A stretch of DNA of 64,000 nucleotides from contig NC_045696.1 in NCBI RefSeq assembly GCF_009834535.1, positions 30,072,001 through 30,136,000 of the forward strand. The letters are read 5' to 3'. Position 1 is the first letter of the stretch, and every line of letters starts with the position of its first letter. Source of the DNA: Camelus ferus. Taxonomy: Eukaryota. The position numbers and the translations under genes were made by a program. Shown here piece after piece: positions 50,201 to 62,989 of the stretch. The notes beneath the pieces are model-generated. The model was not told where the DNA came from. It did not search any database and saw only the letters and a list, made by a program, of their open reading frames with translations.

Positions 50201-50945
50201 TATCTTTCACAAAATAGATGTATTTAATTTTAATGAGGCCTAATATCATTTTTATTTCATGAATTACACTTCAGTTTTAACAATATTGAGTCTTCCAATC
50301 CATCAATGTGGAATATATATTTGTTTATTTCTATATTCTTGGATTTTTTCATCAGAGTTTTGTAGTTTCCCCATTAAGATTGTGTAATACTTTGTTAGAT
50401 TTATACCTAGGAATTTTTGGGGGGAGGGGGTGCTAATGTAATGGTATTGTGATTTTAATTTAAAATTCTAATTTTTCTTACTGGTATATAAGAAAGCAAT
50501 TGACATTTGTACATTAACCATGTGTCCTGTAATAAACTACTATAATCGTTTGTTAGTGCCAGTTTTTTTGGGTTTTTTTGGTCAATTCTTTTGGATTTCC
50601 TGCAATGACAATTATAGTATCTGTCAACAAAGACAGTTTTGTTTCTTCCTTCTAAATCTGTATAACCTTTATTTTCTTTTCTTGTATTATTTTTTGCATT
50701 ACCTAAGACTTAACATGGTATTGAATATGAGTGGCAAGAGCAGACATTCTTTCCTTCTTCGTAATCATAATGAGAAAACACCTAGTTTCTTACATTAAAG
50801 TATGATTAACTGTATGCTTTTGTAGATGTGTTTTATCAAGCTGAGGGAGTTCTTCCCTATTTTTAGGTTCCTGAGAATTTTTATCATGAATGAATGTTGG
50901 ATTTTGTTACTTTTTCTGCATCTATTGATATGATTACATGATTTT
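47270..50945 (-). mobile_element. L1MC1/2-like LINE 3' part, interrupted by a younger L1 fragment
   Basis: aatattgatacattattattaactaaagtccatagtttacat and gttttgccttttccagaatgtcata; resumes after 49482 with gagttggaat...cttctttcactta. Confidence 0.85.
47559..49470 (+). mobile_element. Internal L1 ORF2 fragment (~1.9 kb) with no 3'UTR or poly(A), flanked by a 12-bp TSD
   Basis: ORF 48673 [12 protein letters not shown]...[20 protein letters not shown] (RT); ends at ...atggtactgg (WYW); cagaatgtcata at 47547-47558 and 49471-49482. Confidence 0.92.
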
Positions 50946-51314
50946 ATACTATATTTTGAAATCATGTAGAAAAATAATATAAAAACAATAAATATAAATT
51001 TAGCAACATGTTCAAAGTTATAAAAACTTCCTAATCTTCTATTTCATTCATTTAAGAAGCTGGGGTATTAAAGAAGACTGTGAATCAAATTATTGATAGT
51101 TAATCTAAATATTTTTATCTGTGAACTTATATTAGGATGATAAAAACATAAGATAATGAAGGCTAAAAAAGAAACTCTCTGACGACAAACATTTTAAGTC
51201 TTAGAAAGACAAAAAGTATTTCAAATACTGTATTCAATTAATTTCAATATTAATAATTTTGATCCAATGTGATCTACAACATTTTTAGCATTTTATTAAT
51301 TCCTTCTTTGACAT

Positions 51315-52830
51315 GTTCATTCATTTAACAAATAAAGCAGAAATTGGTAGCTTTTATCACAGTACTCATTCTCCATGGCATGGCAGCCACGTCATTTGGT
51401 ATTTTTAGGAGCTCTTTTTAAAGGTAGGGGATGTGCACTTCTCATGTTCTACTGAAGGAAATAGAAAAAAATAAGCACAAGAAAATATGTATTAGGTGGT
51501 AAAAAGTACTACTAAGGGAAATAAAACAGGATAAAGTGATAATGTGCTGCAATGCTGCATAAGACAACACGGGTGCCATTTTCATTAGCAAATTCTTTTC
51601 TAATGAAGTGAGAATCCAGCAAAGACATGAATGAAGCAAGGAAACAAGTCATGCAGATATCTGAAGGAAAAGTGTCCTAGGAAGAGGGCTCTAGTGAATG
51701 CAAAGATCTGGAATGAGTGCTGTGTGAACTGTTTGAAGATTAGCTAGAAGGGAGTAGGTACGAAAGGGGTGATATTGTAGATGTAGCTGGGCTTAGACCA
51801 CACAGGACCTTGAAATCATATAAGACTTCGGGATTCTGTCTTAAACATACTAGAAATCCATTGAAATATTTCAAGAAGAAATATTACATAGGCATATTTC
51901 TATTTTAAAGAATCACTTTAGCTACTGAATTGATACAAGACAAAAGTTGCTAAAAGTCACAGCAAGGAGACCAGTTAGTAGACTGTTGCAGTGATTCAGG
52001 TGAATACTGATGGTGGCTTGGACTATCATGCCACTATTGTGGCACTAAAAGTGGAGAGAGATGCCTGGATTTGGGATACATTTTGAAGGATTTGCTACTG
52101 GGTTAGATATGAAGTGTGTTGGTTATTGTAACACTAGGTATTGTAACAAATACTCCATTTTAACAGTGGCTTAGAACAACTAAATTTCATTTTGTTTTCC
52201 AAACAGTCCAATGAGTATGTTTCTGGTGTGTGAGTGGTGTTGTAGATGTGGTGGTGGTGAGAGTACTTTCCACACAGTCATTCAGGGAGGCAGAGTGATG
52301 GCGATCCTGCTAACCTCAACATGTAGCTTTCATAGTTGCCCAGATATTGATATCCGGCTGGCTGATGGAGAATGAAAGAATGGAGATGGCATATTCACTT
52401 CTTAATCTTGTTGCCCAAGAAAACAAACATCAATTTCCAGTGATGATAGTGAGCCAGTGTGCCCCAACTTATATGCACAGGGACTGTGAATTACAATTGC
52501 TCCTTTGGCAGCTAGTTTCCTATAATTACTCTGTTATGCAAAGTGAGAAATGAATCATTAGTGGTAAGTTGGTCATCTCTGCCATATGAAATATGAGGGA
52601 AAAATAGGAGACAAGTCTGGTGTCAACATTTGGAGTTTGCCTACTCAGTTGTTAGTGTACTGGGCAGATGAGGAATGCTCAGATAGCAGGCAAGAGTTTG
52701 TTTTTGTATAAGTTAATTGGAGATATCTGTTGCGTACTCAAGTTGATAATCAAATATGGAGTTGAGAGAAGAGGTTTTATCTGAATTATTTTGGGGGGTA
52801 ATCAGAATTAAGAGGTGATGTAAACTCAAA
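51315..52830 (-). mobile_element. L2 LINE split by an MLT1 LTR
   Basis: ttcattcatttaacaaata terminus; gcaaggagaccagttagtagactgttgcagtgattcaggtga...gatggtggcttggacta; resumes after 52591. Confidence 0.8.
52115..52586 (-). mobile_element. MaLR LTR (MLT1J-like) inserted in L2
   Basis: acagtggcttagaacaac...ccacacagtcattcaggga...atctctgccata; TSD tgaag (52110-52114) / tgaaa (52587-52591). Confidence 0.75.
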
Positions 52831-52831
52831 C

Positions 52832-53341
52832 TGTTGACTGAAAAAATTCATAACCTAAAAGTAGAGAGTTGTGCTCTTTTCAGTAGACTTTCTAAGGACT
52901 CGAGCCCAGGAGGCAGCCTCTCAGATTGCTCTAAGAGTGCTCTGAAGAGACAAGAGAAGAGCCATGGTATATAGGAGTTTTTGCAACAAAGACCAGGTAG
53001 TCAGAACATCAAAAGGTTGCTGTTAATTAAAGAAAACCAGATATCTCAAGTTCAGGAATTTAGCCCTTTACTTTATATGGGAAGTTGCAAAGATCTAGGC
53101 TTATTGAAATCATTCCATAGATGTGCACATAGCTATCTAGGGCCAGGATCTGTTGCTTCCCACCCTGAGTTCCCTCAGGAAGCACTGCTGAGGGTGGCTG
53201 CAGAGGCCAGGCTGCCTGTTTTTCTCCATCCTGAGTTCCTTTACTCACTGTTGTCCATAGTGGGTGGCAGTAGTGGCTGATCTCTTGATGGCCTTAGCAT
53301 CCTTTGTTTACTGATATGGCTGGCAATATTTTTCATTTACA
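52832..53341 (-). mobile_element. Cetartiodactyl ERV1 solo LTR (MER4-group; ALTR2/LTR39-like)
   Basis: tgttgactgaaaaaattcataacctaaaagt...gtcagaacatcaaaag...catcctttgtttactgatatggc...tttaca; TG...CA termini. Confidence 0.85.
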
Positions 53342-54079
53342 GAGCTAACTTAGAAAATCATGTGAATAAGGACCAAGATAAGTCCAAGGATTTTGCCGCT
53401 GTGAAAAGTTTACTTGTAGGCACTATTTAACACAAAAATTACTGCAAGAAGTTAAAACAAGAGAAAGAATTAGAATTAGAAAGAAAAGCCATATAAATTG
53501 TTATCCAATATCCTTTCTGCATTCCTTCTAGAAATGGTAGGTAACTCAAATCACTATAGGAAGAAGACTAGTTTCTTCAAGTAGCCTATTTGTAGTAGAA
53601 ATTTTAAACTTTTCTTTCTTGTTGGGTTCCCATTTCTTAATTTTAATTTTTGGGCAGGTTTTTCCTTTGTTGATGTACAAGCTCAATAATGGACCTTTCT
53701 TAGCTCTAGGGAACAGCTCTGTTTTATTTTTAATTGAATCTGGGACTTTGAAAGTCACTTTTTTTTTCACTGTAATATTAAGAAGAAATTGCAAAATAGC
53801 GTTTATAAGACTTTTTAGCCTTGCTTCGGAGGGATGGTGTATAATCCCTACATGAAGCCACAGAGGCTGCCTCTGAGATGCACTTTCTTTGCTTCCCTTG
53901 CTAAGTACTTCAAAGCAGAATACACTGCTTTCTAGGACACATTGGAGCTTCCTAAATATGCCATGTACACATTTGTCTCTTGTCAAACTTGATAACCAAA
54001 CAACAATATAATTTAATATAATAGATATTTTTCTGCATTTTATACTTCAATATTTTGTAAAAGAATCACTCTATATTGA

Positions 54080-54262
54080 GATGTATGTATATAAATATAT
54101 AGATATTATATACATGTGGGTAATGTTTATATCTATATAATATATAGAGAGATATATACATACTAATATCTATACTACATATACTATATATTTAGTATGT
54201 ATATATAAATATATTTAGGTGTATATATTATATATAGAAAGAGTATATGTGTGTGTGTGTGC
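54080..54262. repeat. AT-rich (TA)n low-complexity tract ending in (TG)n
   Basis: Direct inspection. Confidence 0.85.
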
Positions 54263-55029
54263 AGAAAGAAACTTTCTAAGACTGAAAATTTCCTATTTTT
54301 TTTTTTAACTTTTCATTACAAAAAGAGCCCCAAAGCAAAAAGCAACCATTCTTATGACTAGGCATTTGACTTTTCAGGAATATGGCAGACAAAGAAAAGT
54401 TCATTCATTCTTAGCATAAATAGTAAATCTAACCCATTTTAACCTCCTTTCTCATGCTTGCAAAGCTGAAAAATGTTCTATATTAACTTATAATATGTCA
54501 GTTCTGAAAGGAGAAAAGAAAAAGTAGTATGATTAATATAGCTACAGAGGCTACATAACGCTTTCAGCTTTATAATAATTTTTAAAGAGATCAAGCTTTA
54601 ATGTCACAGAGGGATAGATGTGAAATGGTGTAAGTGGGGAGCAGAGGACCATCACACAGTTTTCATGTATTTATCCGAAAGTTTCACATGTGTATTATGT
54701 GTGCGAGAGAGAGAGAGAGACAGACAGAGACATAGGAGACAAAATTTCTGCTTTCCTTCATTTTAACCAAAGAAACTTTGTTTTATACCTTACAGTAATA
54801 GCGTGTAGTATTATATATTTAAATTAAATTACAAAGTTGTTTCTAATATTACCTGCTCACAATTAATGTAATCCAAATGGATATACCTTTCTTTTTGTTT
54901 CAGCATCAAATTTTAAATATTTTTTCTCTAAAAGTCTGTGACTTATTTCCTATATTTGACTGTTTATGAATCTGTAATGGAAATTCCAGAACTGCTTATT
55001 AACACCAAGACTAAATCCTTTTGTTGAGT

Positions 55030-55320
55030 GCTTTTTAGATAGGAAGGTGCAGCGTAAACACTTGGAAACCTTGTTAAAAGCAAAGATTCTTGGGGGGAGG
55101 GTGTAAGTGATAGGGTACATGCTTAGCATGCATGAGGTCCTGTGTTCAGTCCCCAATGCCTCCATTATAAAAATGAAAAATAAATTTTTTAAAAATAAAG
55201 ATTCACATTCAACTAATCTGAGGTGGTACCTGACATTCTGTGTTTCTAACTAGCTCTCAGGTGATGTTGATACTTATGGTCCATGAAAAAAAAAAATAAT
55301 AAACCTTTGAGTAGAAAGAC
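55030..55320. mobile_element. MER5A MITE split by a SINE
   Basis: cacttggaaaccttgttaaaagcaaagattc [SINE] ...ctgtgtttctaactagctctcaggtgatgttgat...ggtccatg...ctttgagtag. Confidence 0.75.
55092..55196 (+). mobile_element. Vic-1-type tRNA-derived SINE
   Basis: ggggggagggtgtaagtgatagggtacatgcttagcatgcatgaggtcctgtgttcagtcccc plus A-rich tail; TSD core aaagattc (55082-55089 / 55197-55204). Confidence 0.9.
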
Positions 55321-56547
55321 TTTATTTCAAAACAAACAATGATTTAGTAATTATAATAATAACAGTAACAATAATAATTTTATATAAATTTTATCTCCAG
55401 GGAAAATTAATAATCACTTACAAAAGATAACCAAATTTATTGAATCTTGTCTATGTAAAACATTCTGTTTCAAAGCCATATTAATACTGAACTTCTGCAA
55501 CTATTCTCTGGGCCACTTGTCCAACATTGATTTGTATTGGTTGATTCTAACATGTTGATTTATGGCAAATTGTTAGAGTCATATTGCATAGAGTCAAATG
55601 TTTCTGAAAGCTTTTAAAGGAAAAGTCTATTAAGAAACAGCTGAAATGTTTTCAAATTGTTACAAAGTCTTTTGGAATGTCAATGAATTGAGCTAAAAAG
55701 CTTATTTGCATCTTAAAGCCACAACTCATAAACTATGAATGAAAATCCAACCATGAAGGAAAAGGATGGGTATATCCCATTGTAAATTACTATGAAAATC
55801 TGTATTTTGTCTAGTGATAAATAACACTCTACAGATACTGTGGCTTTGACCAGATCTGTTCTGAAAGCAAACTAGGCTGTACTCCAATGAGGGATTCTGG
55901 GAAGATGATTAGCTATAGGACTTGCATGTATAATAGCTCTCATAAATACTCTGCAGGGAAAATAAAGAGAACTTATATAGCACTGGAATGTCTCTGACAA
56001 TAACTCCAAAAATATTAGGAGTTAGTGGATGCCATAACTCAGGATATCAAATATCCCAAATGTCTTAATCCTAAAACAAGTTTTTAATAAATGATCTGGC
56101 ACATGCATATTCTTTTGCTCTATGTTTGACTCTTTGCTTTAGACATTACCAGTAACAAAGTCTTTCTTATAATATCTTTATATTCATTTACCTGTTCCTG
56201 AGCTACATTTGCCATAGGAATGAGGGAATTTGTACTTAATTGATACACAAGATTTTGTTTGTTTGTTTGTTTTAAGGAACTCATTTCCCAGGTAACAAGA
56301 AGTAGTGGTGGTATAGGATAAGATCAATCAATTAAAAATAATACAACTACTGAGGTCTGTGCAAGACAGTATGATAGTCACTGGGGAGCATTAAAAATGA
56401 TCATAATGTAAATAAAAGAACAATGCAATACTATTTCAAAGCATGTATAGCTTTGGCTGAAAGAATCATCCAGCCAGTGAGTGCTTTTTAGTGAGTGCCA
56501 TTTTGGCTTGAGAAGAACTTTATGAACACTATTTTGTGATTTTACTT

Positions 56548-56747
56548 TGTACTAGTTTGCTAGGGCTGCCATAACACAATACCATATAGTGGATGGTTTA
56601 AACAGCAGAAACCTATTCTCACAGGTCTGTAGACTACAAGTATAAGGTCAAAGTGTTGGCAGAGTTGGTATCTTCTGTGGTCTCTCTCCTTGGATCACAG
56701 ATAGCCACCTTCTCACTGTGTCCTCACATGGTCTTTTCTTTGTGCAT
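56548..56747 (-). mobile_element. MLT1A/B LTR fragment
   Basis: tgtactagtttgctagggctgccataacacaatacc...ccaccttctcactgtgtcctcacatgg. Confidence 0.85.
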
Positions 56748-59700
56748 CCTACAAACACTGACTTTATAGTTTTACTTGAGGAATAAATAGGCACAATAAC
56801 TGGGATATTGGAATCCATGGCTAATACTCCTTTCTCTAATCCAGTTCTTCTAGTCGGGTAAGCTTTGTTAGAGCCAGAAAATAGTTTCAGAGAAACACTG
56901 AGATAGATTAGTACTATTAAGATCTGAGTCTGGATTCGGTGTAATGGTCATTATTTCTAACTTGCTAGTATAAGAATAAATCCACATTACCAATTTGATG
57001 AAGTTTGTTTCTTGCCATGTTGAATGAATCATTCTTAACAGAGTTGACTTTCATGAGGATTTTAAACATGTACTTGTGAAGTTTGTCTTGCTATTTTTGG
57101 CAGCAATGTGGTAGATGATATCACGTATAAAGTGTATGAGAAAAATTTACTAAAAAAGCCAAACACTACCATCTTGAAAGACAAAATAGGTAGTAACTGT
57201 TTTTTTAAAAGAGAGAAAGGCTAGAAATTTCTAAATGTATAAAGCAACGTAAATTACCAAAATTCTCATTAGCAAATGCTTCCTTTTTCCTAATTACTTA
57301 ACCTGTAGACTTGTTTCGAATTATTATCTACTTAAACTTTATTGACATTTAGAACTTCAAGTGTACAAAAACAAAGGTCAATAGAATTTAATAAGAATTT
57401 GAAAAACTAGCAACCAAGTTGCAAGTTAAAAATAAATGGCAAAATGCTATCAAATGAATCAAGAATAGATATATTTAGGCAAACAATGGCAAAACGATGC
57501 TAAAATGAGTTTCATTTGTAGACATGTTTCCATTTGGAAAAAAAAATTGGATTGAATCTTGGTAGTCCTCTTTAAATTATAATAAAGGGTATGTCACCAG
57601 CCCCTGAGATTATTTCTTGATTCTGGGTTAGCAAAATTATTCTAAAAGAATGCCTTCAAATACTGGAGAAAAGTTTTAAATGACCACTTTTTCTTATCAG
57701 ATCCATAAACTGTAGCATGTATGTTTTCCTGTGTTTGGCCTGGGCACCTTGGAGTCTGGCCCTTTTAGAACTAAAGAACCAAGCATAAATCAGCAAGCTA
57801 CCTCTCCTGATGAAATTCTCTTTCCATCACTTCCTTACAGTATGGATCTGGAAGGTTAAAGTGTTGGGAAAATATTTGTGTAATATAAAAAGGTAAGCAC
57901 ATCCTATAGCCAGGATTAGCCTATGTGTCAGTTCTACCCAGCTTTTCAAAAATGATTGCCAGGGATTATATCTGTGTATATATCTATGTGGATATGTATA
58001 TAGGCTATATCTTCCCTTTCCAACTCACAGCTTTTTATAGTGACCTTATTAGTTACTTACCTGATTATGAAACACTCTTGATCTACTTCTGGTAGGAGTA
58101 GACCCAAAGGAGTCAGATAAAGGCTATTTAAGAACCCAATGTACTGCCAGATGATAAGCCTTTCTTAACCATTCTACCAAACACAATTAGATTCTTTGTA
58201 ATCCTCCTTACCAAGACCCTGCTTTATTTTCCTCACAGCATTTATCTTTAGCTGAAATCATATAATTTTCCTTCTTTTCCTGTCTTGTCTCATTAGATTA
58301 TGAAGGCTGAGTAAGTGGGGAGCAATCACTGTTATATCCATCTAAAGTTGTACATGATATAAAAGGGGTATTTAATTAAATTAGTTAATGCATGCTACAT
58401 TTAGTGTTTAGTGCTGTTTTGATTATCATTGTTCTAATTTTCAAGCTGCTAGTGTTTGATCCAGGTATTCTGATGACTGTAATTTCAAGAGAGTCTTTTT
58501 CAGAGCTTCCTAATATTTTCTAAGTGTTATTTTTATAATAACTGGTGGTTGAAGTCTTCTGGAGAGGGAACTGTGTATGGCAATGGGGCATATACTTCAA
58601 GGGGTGAAAAAAAAGCCTTATGAAACAACACTATAGAGTATTGCCAGTTCCATGGGAGGATGTAATGAGATGTAGCACAGAGAGTAGGAGGAAAGGTGAA
58701 GGTAGGGCGAAGACCACAGAAACAAAATGACATTAGGAGAGAATTTACAAGTATCGTAAGTAGCTAATAACAAAGGAAAGAAAGAGAGAACCCTTTTTTC
58801 ATTTACTCTAAAAGTGATTATAAAAAGCTTACCCATAAACATGCTGCAATATGTAGCTGACTGCATATGAAGAGATGGTAATGGCTAGCTTTTCATTATT
58901 TTCCTTGTGTCTGTTAATGCTCCATATTATAGGACTGAAATATAGATAAAAACCAGACAAAATCCTATTACATAAAAGAACATCTGGAGAAATTTTCTAT
59001 CATGATAAAAAAATTTAAAGTTTAGATGATCTAAAATAATCAACTATACTAATTCACAAAACCGAAGTAACACAGCTGCAAACACATAATTTTAATAAGT
59101 ATTTATTTCACTCTTGATGTACAGGAATTTCAGCTTAGTATGCCAGACTTTTTAATTATTGAAATTTTATGCAGAGTTGTGAAAATTCCTGATTAGATTT
59201 GATAACAGCAAAAGAGCATGCACTTCTAGTTTATCTTCTACATGTTATTTTCTAGGTTCCTTATATCCAAATAAAAGCATAAATTTACTGTTAATCTAGA
59301 AGGGCTATCCTGCCTGAGTAAGTTGAATAGTGAGACATGTCCATGGAACATTCAAGATATAAAAGATATAAAATTGTCCACTGGTATTGAGACTGTTTCT
59401 AGGTGTAGGTCTTTTCTTCAAAATAAACTGACTGGGAAATGTAATAAAACCTATAAAGGCTGACTGCTTTAGGTGAAAAAGCTGATGATGATCTGGGATC
59501 TCCATTCACTCTACTTTTCCCTCTCCTGCAGCCAACAGAACATTTTAACTGACATTTAACCAGAATCATTTTCGCTACCGAGATCCATCTATTTTCCTAG
59601 CTGTGCTCTTTAACTTTTATAAATAAGAATATATGAGAAAGAAATACTTTTTCTGGGAGAATCAGATTTTTTTAGGCCCTTTACTTTCTCTATGCCATGG

Positions 59701-60239
59701 GCTTTAGTAGAGTCTTAGATCCAGTGTCCAACAGAGGCTTTCACAAACATTTCCTGAACTCATAGATTCTACCAATTTAGCCAAGTCCAATCCTACAGTC
59801 TTACCAACCTTCTTTTAAACAAAATACTGCAACTCCCTGCATTCTTATTACTTGATAAGGCATGGAAAGAGAATCTCATTAGGAGGAGCGAGTAAAAGCT
59901 TCATGCTTTCTCTTTAGTCAAGAGCGGTTGGGCCAGGCATCTTGGTATCCTGGCTGAATACTGGAAAGTATAAGCCCTAGATTATATGTATTTGAAGAGA
60001 GAAAGCAGTTATTAATTTTCTTCCCAGTGAAGACATTCTTAGAGCATAAGTTCACTAACTCAATTAACAGGAAATAAAAAGTCACTGTTCAGAGGTATGG
60101 ACAATGAAAAGTGTTCTGAACTCAAAGAGGGATTAAGTAGAAGTGCTAGCAGAATTAATATTTTCTGCCTGAGTTAATTTCCAATTCTATTTCAAAATTA
60201 GACACCTGTCTTATTTTCAACAAAACTCTGCTTAAATAT

Positions 60240-60385
60240 TTCTAGTTATCAGAGAGCATGCTATTCTGAAATCAGACTCTTTCATTTGTGGAGTTCTAAT
60301 ATCTGGCAATATTTACATAGAACTGAAATCTGTCTGCCTGTAATCATGAGTCATTATTTCTAGTTGCCCAGCACAAAAAGACATC
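60240..60385 (-). mobile_element. CR1/L3 fragment
   Basis: gaactgaaatctgtctgcctgtaa...ttctagttgccc resembles the L3 consensus. Confidence 0.45.
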
Positions 60386-60539
60386 CTTCAGCAAGTACTA
60401 ACTGGGTGCATTACCTATGCTAGTCATTGTGCTAGGAGATAGGGATGCAGAAATGGATAAGAAAGGTTCCTGTCCAGGGGTGGCTTAGAGTACATTGTGT
60501 TGGACAGACATAAACGTGGTCACAGGTTGAAATACAGGA

Positions 60540-62750
60540 TTCTATGTGCCTCTCTTTCTATTTCCATATCATTCATTTAAACCATTATGTATTTAGTTGT
60601 TCAAGCTGGAAAACTATAAAAGTCATTTTTTTTTTTTATTGAAGTACAGTCAGTTACAATGTGTCAACTTCTGGGGTACAGCATAATGTCCCAGTCATGT
60701 ATATACATACATATGTTCATTTTTGTATTCTTTTTCATTAAAGTTTATTACAAGATATTGAATATAGTTCCCTTTGTTATAAAGAAATTTGTTTTTATTT
60801 TTATCTATTTTTATATGTAGTATCTAGCATTTGCAAATCTCAAGCTCCCAAATTTATCCCTTCCCACCCTCTTTCCCCCAGTAACCGTAGATTGTTTTTG
60901 TGAGTCTGTTTTTGTTTTGTAAATGAGTTCATTAGTGTCCTTTTTTCTTCTGTTTTTCAGATTCCACATATGAGTGATATCATATGGTATTTTTCTTTCT
61001 TTTTCTGGCTTACTTAACTTAGAATGATGATCTCTAGGTCCATCCATGTTGCTGCAAATTGCATGATTTTATTCTTTTTTCTGGCTGAGTAGTATTCCAT
61101 TGTATAAATATACCACAACTTCTTTATCCAGTCATTTGTCGATGGACATTTAGGTTGTTTCCATGTCTTAGCTATTGTAAATAGTGCTGCTGTGAATATT
61201 GGAGTGCATATATCTTTTCAAATTAAAGTTTCCTCTGGATATATGACCAGAAGTGGGATTGCTGGATCATATGGTAAGCCTATTTTTAGTTTTTTGAGGA
61301 ATCTCCATACTGTTTTCCATAAGGGCTGTACCAGACTGCATTTGTACCAGCAGTGTAGAAGGGCTTCCCTTTTCTCCAGTCCCTCTCCAGCATTTACTGT
61401 TCATGGACTTTTGAACGATGGCCATTCTGACCGGTGTAAAGTGATACTTCACTGTAGTTTTGATTTGCATTTCTCTGCTAATTAGTGATATTGAGCATTT
61501 TTTCATGTGCTAATTGGCCATTTGTATGTCTTTATTGGAGAATTGCTTGTTTAGGTCTTCTGCCCATTTTTGGATAGGGTTATTTGTTTTTTTTGTTATT
61601 AAATTGTGTGAGCTATTTGTATATTCTAGAAATTAAGCCTTTGTCAGGCATGTCATTTGCAAATATTTTATCCCATTCTATAGGTTGCCATTTTGTTGTG
61701 CTTATGGTTTCCTTTGCTCTGCAAAAGCTTATAAAGTTTAATTAGGTCCCATTCATTAATTTATGCTTTAATTTCTATGCCTGGGTAGGCTGCCCAAGGA
61801 GAACATTGCTAAGATTTATGTCAGAGTATGTTTTGCCTATGTTTTCTTCTAGGAGCTTTATAGTATCTTGTCTTATATTTAGGTCTTTAAGCCACTTTGG
61901 TTTATTTTTGTTTATGGAGTGAGGGAGTGTTCTAACTTCATTGATTCCATGTTGCTGGCCAGTTTTCCCAACACTACTTGCTAAAGAGACTGAAAGTCAT
62001 TCCTGATGCTTCCTTTTTCCTCACTCCCTTATCCAGTCTATCATTTAGTTTTATTGTATATACTTCTAAAGTATATCTTGAATATATTCATTTCTCTTGA
62101 TTCCTCTACCAGCTCTGCATTCTAAACCATCACCATCTCTCAACTAGACTACTTCAACAATTTCCTCCTTTATCTTGCTGCTTCCACTCTTGGTGGTCTA
62201 CAAGCCAGTCTTTTCAAAAATGTAGAGTACATGTTTGAAAATATGTCAGCTTGTGAGATAAATCTGCTGAGAAAAAAAAAAAAAAAACAAATTCAGAAAT
62301 ATTTTGGTGTCCTGAGAATTAAATCCAAATTCCTTACCTTGATCTACAGAATTTTGCTTGGCTTAGTCACTACTTTTCTTTTGCAAAGTTGCCTTATGTT
62401 ACTCTATCAATAAGTTTGCCACCATGTAGTTATTTTCTTTAAGATCTTTGTACTTTTTCTGGGGGTTGATTTCTATACATTACCTACACACACCTAAATG
62501 ACTCTTAGTACAAGAGACTTGCCTTAACTACTCTAGATAAGCAAGCCAACCCAACAAAAGTCCCTTCTCTCGTGCTGCGTACCTTTTTTTTTTCCTTCAT
62601 TTTATACATTTTGTTTTTAACTTGCTTATTAAAAGTCTCCTCTGCTAGGCTATAAATTTCATAATAGCTTGTAGTTGAATCCCTCATGTTCAGTTTATTG
62701 CCTGACATATATTAGTCACTCAGAAAATATTATTAAATGAATAAGCAAGT
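60540..62750 (+). mobile_element. L2 LINE split by a camelid L1
   Basis: atttagttgttcaagctggaaaactataaaagtcatt [L1] cctgatgcttcctttttcctcactcc...aaatccaaattccttacc...cctgacatatattagtcactcagaaaatattattaaatgaata. Confidence 0.8.
60628..61992 (-). mobile_element. 5'-truncated camelid L1 (~1.36 kb)
   Basis: Poly(T) tail, 3'UTR, ORF2 C-terminus (ORF 61267..61506 [32 protein letters not shown]); 9-bp TSD aaagtcatt (60619-60627 / 61993-62001). Confidence 0.95.
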
Positions 62751-62989
62751 AGATTAATCAATACATACAAAGGGAACGTACCATAAACTTGGCGTGTTTA
62801 TTGCCTAGACTTATGTTTGACAAAGTTAGCAGGCGAAAACATACAACAGTATATAAACTAATATTCTTTTATTTTTTTATATGGAGCTTGGGCTTCAGTC
62901 CTACCATCATCATAGCTGCCTTTTTCAGAATAAGTAATTTTGCCAGCATTCATCTTAAAGTACAGGGCCCAAATATTGCTGCAATATAA

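Noticed and set aside
53546..53986. 146-aa minus-strand ORF
   Set aside because: Non-ATG start, Lys-rich from A-tracts, no recognisable domain or splice signals
58052..58175. Perfect minus-strand splice donor CAG/gtaagt
   Set aside because: No good acceptor upstream and no frame open across the candidate exon; isolated consensus donors occur by chance
8420..61992. L1 strand bias as evidence for a host gene's direction
   Set aside because: L1 copies lie on both strands in similar numbers, so intronic versus intergenic status cannot be inferred
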